Below are positions 26,564 through 32,000 of a stretch of DNA of 32,000 bases, piece by piece. The stretch comes from Alkalilimnicola ehrlichii MLHE-1. GTDB taxonomy: Bacteria; Pseudomonadota; Gammaproteobacteria; Nitrococcales; Halorhodospiraceae. The position numbers were made by a program, and so were the translations under genes. Below the pieces are notes generated by a model. The model saw nothing but the letters and a program-made list of their open reading frames with translations, was not told the origin of the DNA and made no database searches. Position 1 is the first letter of the stretch, and each line of letters starts with the position of its first letter. Location of the stretch: the NCBI RefSeq assembly GCF_000014785.1, contig NC_008340.1, forward strand, positions 90,001 to 122,000, read 5' to 3'.

Positions 26564-29500
26564 GCGGCGGGCACTGGTGCCTGCGGCGTGGGTCCGGCGT
26601 GCCGCTTGTCAGGCCGGCCGGTGGCCGCAACGCCCAGCAACAACAGCCCGTAGAAGAGCGTGGCGATGCGGGGCGAGAAGAAGATCGTGCTGAACAACCC
26701 CACGGCGAGCGCCCCGGCCAGACCGGCGGCCAGGCCCAGCGCCGTGATGTCGCCGGCGAGGGCGCGCCGGGCCAGCAGGAGCAGCCCGGCCAGGGTCAGC
26801 CAGACGAAGGCCAGCAGCCCCAGCGCGCCCTGGTCGAAGTAGAGCTCCAGCCATTGGTTCTCGATTCGCCAGGGCCACAGGTGGTCCGTGCTCATGTACC
26901 AGTGCCGGCCGAGCCGGGTGAAATCCCCGTTGCGCAGGTGGTCGTTGCCCGCCTCATCAAGCAGTTCGAAGGCGTCGAACTCCAGGAGGATGCCCGGCTC
27001 ACCGCGGCTGGTGATGGAGAGGACCAGTCCGCGCTGAAAGGGCCAGGGGCGGCGGTCCATGTCCCGGAGGTCGAAGCGCCATTCCAGGTGTTCCCAATCC
27101 CCACCACCACCCAGGCTCAACCCCTGGGAGCGGCAGGTGAAGGAGTGACGTACCGGCTTCTCGCAAAGGAAGAGCGTGAACCCGGCCGGCACGTCACTGC
27201 GGGCCCGCACCCGCAGCCGGAAGTCCCCCTCCCGGGGCGGGGCCACCCGTTGGTTGAGAAACAGGGAGTCGCCCCGTCCCAGGCGCAGCAGGTCATTGCC
27301 ATCGACGCGCCGGAAGTCGAAATTGGCCGGGATGCGCCCCTCGCGGTTGCCGAGGCGGTAGGCCTCCGGGAAGCTGCCCAGGCCCCGCCCGATCAGGGGT
27401 GACCAGGGCCCGGCGCCGGGCAGGTCCAGGCCCTCGCGCCAGTGGCTCAGGCGCTGTTCGAAATCGGCCTGCACCTGCCCCAGGCGGCGCTCGCCGAAAC
27501 TGTCCATGAAGGGCAGCGCCACCGCGCCGGTCGCCAGGAGCGGTACCAAGGCGGCTGTGATCAGCCGCCCACGCCCTGTTGCACCCGGGCGCAGGGCGTG
27601 GGCCAGGGCCAGCCCGGCGAAGAGCACCAGCGCGACGACCAGACCCAGGTAGCCGCCGCGGGAATAGGTCACCGCGATCGCGTAGGTGGCGCCGATGGCC
27701 AGCAGGGGCGCAAGCGCCCAGGTCAGCCGCCGGTGCAGGCACCAGGTCAGGGCGACGGGCAGCGCCAGTACCAGGTAGGTCTCGATGCTGGGACCACCCA
27801 CATGCATGTCCGTGAAAAAGCCCGAGATGCGGTAGCGGCTGTCCAGGTCCAGCAGGCCCGGGTAGGTGATCCGTTCCCGGATGACAATCAGGATCGTGGC
27901 GAGCAAGCCCGCTGCCACGCCGGGGAGCAGCCAGCGCTCCACCTGCTCCCGCTGGGGCAAGGGGATGACGCGCATCAGACCCAGCAGCACCAGGGCCCCC
28001 AGCAGCCCCTTGGCCACCCGCGGGGCGTTCAACGGATGGGCGTAGTGGTAGGCCTGCCCAAGATCGATTGCGGTGCTCGACAGCAGGGCGATGACCAGGC
28101 TGATCACGGTTGAGGCCATCAGCAGTATCAGCGGCCAGCGGATCGCCCTTGGCAACAGGCTGGATCTGGGGCGCGCCGGCCAGCGCCAGAGCACCACCGC
28201 CAGGGTGGCGAGCAGGAACAGGTCCAGTTCCGAGAGGAAGAGCCGCCCGGTGTAGAGCGTCAGGTCCAGGGTGGGGATCAGCAGGGGGATAATCAGGAGC
28301 CCGATCTGGGGGCGCCAGTGCAGTAGCGCCAGGTAGGCGACCAGGCCCGCCGTCAGGGCCCACGCCGCCACCGGCCAGCTCAGGGCGAGGACGAGGGCCA
28401 GCACCCCGCACAACGCGCCCAGCGCCTGGTGCCAGGGGCTCTCGCCGGTCAGCACGTGGCGTGGCGAGGCCGACGGCCCGGAGGGGGACGGGGCCGCGGC
28501 GGGCGCCACCGGCCGACTGCTGCTGGTGGCGGTCAGCCAGGCGCAGGCGGCTGCCACCGCCCAGGCGGCCAGGGCACCGAGCACCAGGCTGGCGGGATCG
28601 GGCCGGGCGTCGGCAACGAACAGCTTGCCGGCCTCCATCAGCAACGCCGCCAGTGCCCCGCTGGCGGCGGCGAGCCCGTAGAGCCGGGCCTGGCCGCCGG
28701 GACGCCCGACGTGCCAGAGCCAGGCCATCAGGCCGACGGGTGCGTACATGGCCAGGTGCAACGCGGTGCTGCGCAGGGCCACGATCTCCGGCACGTGGTA
28801 GTGGTAGTAAAAGGGCAGCAGCCGCAGCTCGCCCCACTGCCGCCAGGCCCGCTCCAGGTCGGTGTGGTAAGGGCCGAAGCCGTGGTTCAGGCCCAGCAGC
28901 AACAGCAGGTAGACGGGGAGCGTCAGGCCGAGGATCAGCCTCCCATGCTGCTGCAGGAAGCGGAGCACCCCATGGGAGTGGGCCGGTAGCCGGTGCAGCA
29001 GGACTAGACCCGCCGCTATGCCGGCGCTCCGCAGCAGCACAGACCGGCCCTCGGTGATCCCGCTGAGAGTCAATAGGTTGAGGGCCTCCAGCCCGATGGC
29101 CAGCACCACCGCCAGCGGCAGCCCGGCCAGCAGAGTTGGGAACCGGCGCCGCTGCAGCCAGACGGCGAGAAGCAGGCCCACCGGTACCGCCGCGGCCACT
29201 TCCAGGCTGAGCCAGGCGTAGCAGCGCAGCCCCGTCGTGCAGGCGTCGGGGGTGGTCCACAGGCCCCAGGCGCTGGACCGTAGCCGGCGCATCAGTTCGT
29301 CGGCACTGAGCACCATGTCGAAGGGCAGCAGCCCGATGACCACGTAGACCACCAAATACCCGATCAGGGCCAGGTGGAGCGCGCGCGGTCCGCCCCCGGA
29401 CAGGGTCTGCCACCAATGGGCCAGCGGATCGCGCAAGGCGAACCAGGCCAGCGAGCCCAGCACCGCGCCGGTGAAGTTGCCGGCGATATCGGCGGCCGCC

Positions 29501-29859
29501 GGGTGCCGGAAAGGCAGCCAGATCTGAAGGAACTCCACCGTGGCCGTCACCGCCAGACCGAGGGCGGAGACGGCCAGGAAGGTGGCCAGGGTGGTGCCCC
29601 TGTCGCGGCGCCCATAGGCCAGCCAGGCCGACCAGAAAAAGCCCAACGGCAGGAACATCAGGGCATTGGCCATGAACTGCTGGCGGCCCGAGGCGCCGGG
29701 ACCGGTAAGGTCCATGTTCCGATAGACCTCCCACGCCTGACGCAGGCCGAGATCATCGCGGAACTCGAAGGGCAGCAACGTGAGATAGACCGCGGCGCCC
29801 AGGGCCAGCCAGGCCCAGGTGAGGCAGGTGCCGCGTTGCCAGGGCTCGCGGTGGGTCAT
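26491..29859 (-). CDS. large polytopic membrane protein: VanZ-like N-terminal region(s) fused to an O-antigen ligase/polymerase-like C-terminus
   Basis: 1122 aa. VanZ-like 'YLTLLPFEFR...MANALMFLPLGFFWSAWLA...EFLQIWLPFRHPAAADIAGNFTGAVLGS', with two more similar blocks. Ligase-like 'IGATYAIAVTYSRGGYLGLVVALVLF'. A beta-rich segment 'ENDLLRLGRGDSLFLNQRV...LRVRARS'-type region precedes the last TM segments. Confidence 0.82.
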   Translation of the reverse strand: MTHREPWQRGTCLTWAWLALGAAVYLTLLPFEFRDDLGLRQAWEVYRNMDLTGPGASGRQQFMANALMFLPLGFFWSAWLAYGRRDRGTTLATFLAVSALGLAVTATVEFLQIWLPFRHPAAADIAGNFTGAVLGSLAWFALRDPLAHWWQTLSGGGPRALHLALIGYLVVYVVIGLLPFDMVLSADELMRRLRSSAWGLWTTPDACTTGLRCYAWLSLEVAAAVPVGLLLAVWLQRRRFPTLLAGLPLAVVLAIGLEALNLLTLSGITEGRSVLLRSAGIAAGLVLLHRLPAHSHGVLRFLQQHGRLILGLTLPVYLLLLLGLNHGFGPYHTDLERAWRQWGELRLLPFYYHYHVPEIVALRSTALHLAMYAPVGLMAWLWHVGRPGGQARLYGLAAASGALAALLMEAGKLFVADARPDPASLVLGALAAWAVAAACAWLTATSSSRPVAPAAAPSPSGPSASPRHVLTGESPWHQALGALCGVLALVLALSWPVAAWALTAGLVAYLALLHWRPQIGLLIIPLLIPTLDLTLYTGRLFLSELDLFLLATLAVVLWRWPARPRSSLLPRAIRWPLILLMASTVISLVIALLSSTAIDLGQAYHYAHPLNAPRVAKGLLGALVLLGLMRVIPLPQREQVERWLLPGVAAGLLATILIVIRERITYPGLLDLDSRYRISGFFTDMHVGGPSIETYLVLALPVALTWCLHRRLTWALAPLLAIGATYAIAVTYSRGGYLGLVVALVLFAGLALAHALRPGATGRGRLITAALVPLLATGAVALPFMDSFGERRLGQVQADFEQRLSHWREGLDLPGAGPWSPLIGRGLGSFPEAYRLGNREGRIPANFDFRRVDGNDLLRLGRGDSLFLNQRVAPPREGDFRLRVRARSDVPAGFTLFLCEKPVRHSFTCRSQGLSLGGGGDWEHLEWRFDLRDMDRRPWPFQRGLVLSITSRGEPGILLEFDAFELLDEAGNDHLRNGDFTRLGRHWYMSTDHLWPWRIENQWLELYFDQGALGLLAFVWLTLAGLLLLARRALAGDITALGLAAGLAGALAVGLFSTIFFSPRIATLFYGLLLLGVAATGRPDKRHAGPTPQAPVPAAQCSGPAPGPTPAARPGLPSAPPS

Positions 29860-30092
29860 GTGTGAGGGGATGATTGCATTGGCGTCCTGAACTGTCGGAA
29901 TCGCTTACACCCAATACCGGGCCGCGTTTCGCGCTGTTGCAGCCATTGTAGCCGGACCGCAGAGCGGTACTGACCGCGGCTAGTCTCCGCAGCCAATAGC
30001 CACAACGATAAGTCGGAAATGTTTACAGTTCGGTATCCAATACCATGGGGCAAGTCGGGCATAAGCTTGATTGTGCCCGTTTTTCAGGGTGT

Positions 30093-30107
30093 CGGAACGC
30101 ATCTTGC
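30093..30107 (+). promoter_or_regulatory. putative sigma-54 -24/-12 promoter upstream of the second PEP-CTERM gene
   Basis: CGGAACGCATCTTGC against TGGCACGNNNNTTGC: the GG, ACG and TTGC positions are kept with exact spacing, 51 bp upstream of ATG 30159. Confidence 0.55.
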
Positions 30108-30158
30108 CCCCTCAGTTGTCGAATCGAATCGGTTTGTTGCAGTACGGGGGAAGCAAGC

Positions 30159-30977
30159 ATGCGTTTCACAACCACCTGCGCCGCGGTAGCCCTGGTCAGC
30201 GGTTCGTTGATGGGCTTGCCCGCCCACGCTACGGTGATCACCTACGAGTGGTCGGCGGCGGACATGATAAGCAACGTCTTTGTCGACGGAGAGGATGGCA
30301 CCAAGGCCGCTGAGAACGGGCTGTTCGCCGGGGCCACCCGCCTGCGGGACGGGAGCAGTACCGGTGAGGGCGCAGCCCGGACCTACGTGGAGAGTCAGCA
30401 CGGTCAGTTCATAGAGCGTTACAACTTTCTGGCGCGAGAGGGCGAGACCCTGACCAGCTTCAATCTCTGGGGACTGGATGGGCGCGGCGTACAGTGGGGT
30501 GAGGACTACAAGCCCCTGGCTTGGGTCGATGTGACAGCACCCGATGGCTGGAGCACCGGCTTCTTTGATGCGGGGCCCGATGGCCTGGGCTGGTTCCAGA
30601 ATACCAATCCGGATCTGGGCAACTACCTGGCTTACAACACCCCGCTGTTCCCCTGGTTTTCGGCCCCCGAGGATGGAGGGCTTCCCCTGGTCGATGACGG
30701 GACCTTTGACTCCCTGATGTTCTCGGCCACCATCGAGTTTGATCCTGACGACGCCTTTTGGGGCGAGGACACGTTTGGGGCGCCGAACGATATCAACTCC
30801 GTGCTGACCGCCTATTTCGGCGGCAATCTCTCCAGCGGGGATATGCTGGAGGGGAACATGGCGCTACGTACGGCCGTGCCCGAGCCCGGGACCTGGCTGC
30901 TGATGGGCATGGGGCTGTTGGCCATGGGTTGGATGGTCCGGCGACGCCGGCCATCGGCGGGCGCTCAGGGCGCTTGA
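30159..30977 (+). CDS. PEP-CTERM sorting-domain protein
   Basis: 272 aa. Signal peptide 'TTCAAVALVSGSLMGLPAHA' and C-terminal 'AVPEPGTWLLMGMGLLAMGWMVRRRR'. Confidence 0.94.
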   Translation: MRFTTTCAAVALVSGSLMGLPAHATVITYEWSAADMISNVFVDGEDGTKAAENGLFAGATRLRDGSSTGEGAARTYVESQHGQFIERYNFLAREGETLTSFNLWGLDGRGVQWGEDYKPLAWVDVTAPDGWSTGFFDAGPDGLGWFQNTNPDLGNYLAYNTPLFPWFSAPEDGGLPLVDDGTFDSLMFSATIEFDPDDAFWGEDTFGAPNDINSVLTAYFGGNLSSGDMLEGNMALRTAVPEPGTWLLMGMGLLAMGWMVRRRRPSAGAQGA

Positions 30978-31010
30978 TTCCGCCCATTGCCAGGGCCGGT
31001 GCACAGTGAC

Positions 31011-31071
31011 GTATAGCCTGGTCGGATGCAGCGGACAGATTCCCGACACATACTAGGGGGCCAGGCTATAC
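31011..31071. repeat. 11-bp perfect inverted repeat with 39-nt spacer between a PEP-CTERM gene and wecB
   Basis: gtatagcctgg (31011..31021) and ccaggctatac (31061..31071). An inner GTCGG/CCGAC pair is also present. Confidence 0.8.
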
Positions 31072-31113
31072 CGATCACGTCCGCTTTAGGACGGAAACGA
31101 CACGAGGCCCTGA

Positions 31114-32000
31114 ATGCCCAGTAAGCGACAGTGTGACATCCTCTGCATCGTGGGCGCCCGCCCGAACTTCATGAAGATCGCCCCGGTCATGCGGGCGTTG
31201 CAGGCGCAGGGCATCCCGGCGCGGCTGGTGCACACCGGACAGCACTACGATGCGGAGATGAACGAGCGCTTCTTCGCCGACCTGGGCATCCCCCACCCGG
31301 ACATCAACCTGGAGGTGGGCTCCGCCAGCCACGCCGTGCAGACGGCGGAGGTCATGCGTCGCTTCGAGCCGGTGGTGGACGAGCTGCAGCCGCGGGCGGT
31401 GCTGGTGGTGGGGGATGTCAACTCCACCATCGCCTGTGCCCTGGTCGCGGCCAAGAAAGGGGTCGGTGTCATCCACGTGGAGGCGGGCCTGCGCAGCTAC
31501 GACCGCGCCATGCCCGAGGAGATCAACCGGGTGCTCACCGACCAGATCTCCGACCTGCTCTTCACCACCGAGCGCCACGCCGAGGCCAACCTGGCCCGCG
31601 AGGGGATCGATACCGGGCGGGTGCACTTTGTGGGCAACGTGATGATCGATACCTTGCGCCACAACCTGGAACGGGCCGTGCCGTGGCAGGAGGCCCTTGC
31701 CGCCGCGGGTGTGGACCTGACCCCCTTCCAGCGCGCCGGGGGCTACGGCGCGGTTACCCTGCACCGGCCGTCGAACGTGGATGAGCCCGCGGTGTTGCGC
31801 CGGGTGACCGAGACCCTGATCGGGGTCTCGCGGGACCTGCCGCTGGTGTTTCCGGTGCATCCGCGCACCCGAGCCCGGCTTGAGGCCTTCGGCCTGCTGC
31901 CGGCCCTGGCGTCCGAGCCCCGCATCGCCCTCCTGCCGCCGGCGGGCTACCTGGAGATGCTCGGGCTGATGCGCGACGCCCGGGTGGTGCTCACCGACTC
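31114..32000 (+). CDS. wecB: UDP-N-acetylglucosamine 2-epimerase (non-hydrolysing), 3'-truncated by the window edge
   Basis: 'CIVGARPNFMKIAPVMRAL', 'LVHTGQHYDAEMNERFFADLGI', 'VLVVGDVNSTIACALVAAKKGVGVIHVEAGLRSYDRAMPEEINRVLTDQISDLLF' and 'HRPSNVDE'. Confidence 0.96.
   Translation, partial: MPSKRQCDILCIVGARPNFMKIAPVMRALQAQGIPARLVHTGQHYDAEMNERFFADLGIPHPDINLEVGSASHAVQTAEVMRRFEPVVDELQPRAVLVVGDVNSTIACALVAAKKGVGVIHVEAGLRSYDRAMPEEINRVLTDQISDLLFTTERHAEANLAREGIDTGRVHFVGNVMIDTLRHNLERAVPWQEALAAAGVDLTPFQRAGGYGAVTLHRPSNVDEPAVLRRVTETLIGVSRDLPLVFPVHPRTRARLEAFGLLPALASEPRIALLPPAGYLEMLGLMRDARVVLTD

Noticed and set aside
27293-29734. 813-aa minus-strand ORF overlapping the VanZ/ligase gene
   Set aside because: It is an out-of-frame shadow, rich in Gly/Arg/Ala/Pro and without domain signatures. 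The 1122-aa frame has clear TM and family motifs.

Overview
This 32 kb, high-GC window looks gammaproteobacterial, and an Ectothiorhodospiraceae-like origin is my inference from gene content. The first ~17 kb is mostly housekeeping: comM/yifB 3' part, a membrane-anchored cytochrome c5-like protein, argB, a DUF2905-like protein, rpiA, ilvA, a TetR regulator, a membrane metal-dependent hydrolase, tRNA-Gly(CCC), a ferric-reductase-like flavoprotein, an MFS transporter, an RfaH/NusG paralog, SirB2, a MoeB/ThiF protein, an L,D-transpeptidase and a trypsin-like protease. From ~17.2 kb it becomes an exopolysaccharide / PEP-CTERM type locus. It contains two PEP-CTERM proteins, manC, a beta-helix protein, a 1122-aa VanZ-like + O-antigen-ligase-like membrane protein, a SAM methyltransferase and the start of wecB. 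The most interesting part is a minus-strand gene set at ~23.95-19.15 kb. It runs in order: an exported-looking Cys-rich 'CTPGFWKNN' protein, a PqqD-like protein, an HprK-related kinase (HPr-rel-A type), an NTP_transf_5-type nucleotidyltransferase and manC. Its leader has a strong sigma-54-type -24/-12 match (TGGCGCG-GATT-TTGC), and similar matches precede both PEP-CTERM genes, suggesting one regulon. The window also has seven full-size or truncated copies of a ~78 bp dispersed palindromic repeat in three clusters, and a separate element with perfect 34-bp inverted arms between argB and the DUF2905-like gene.
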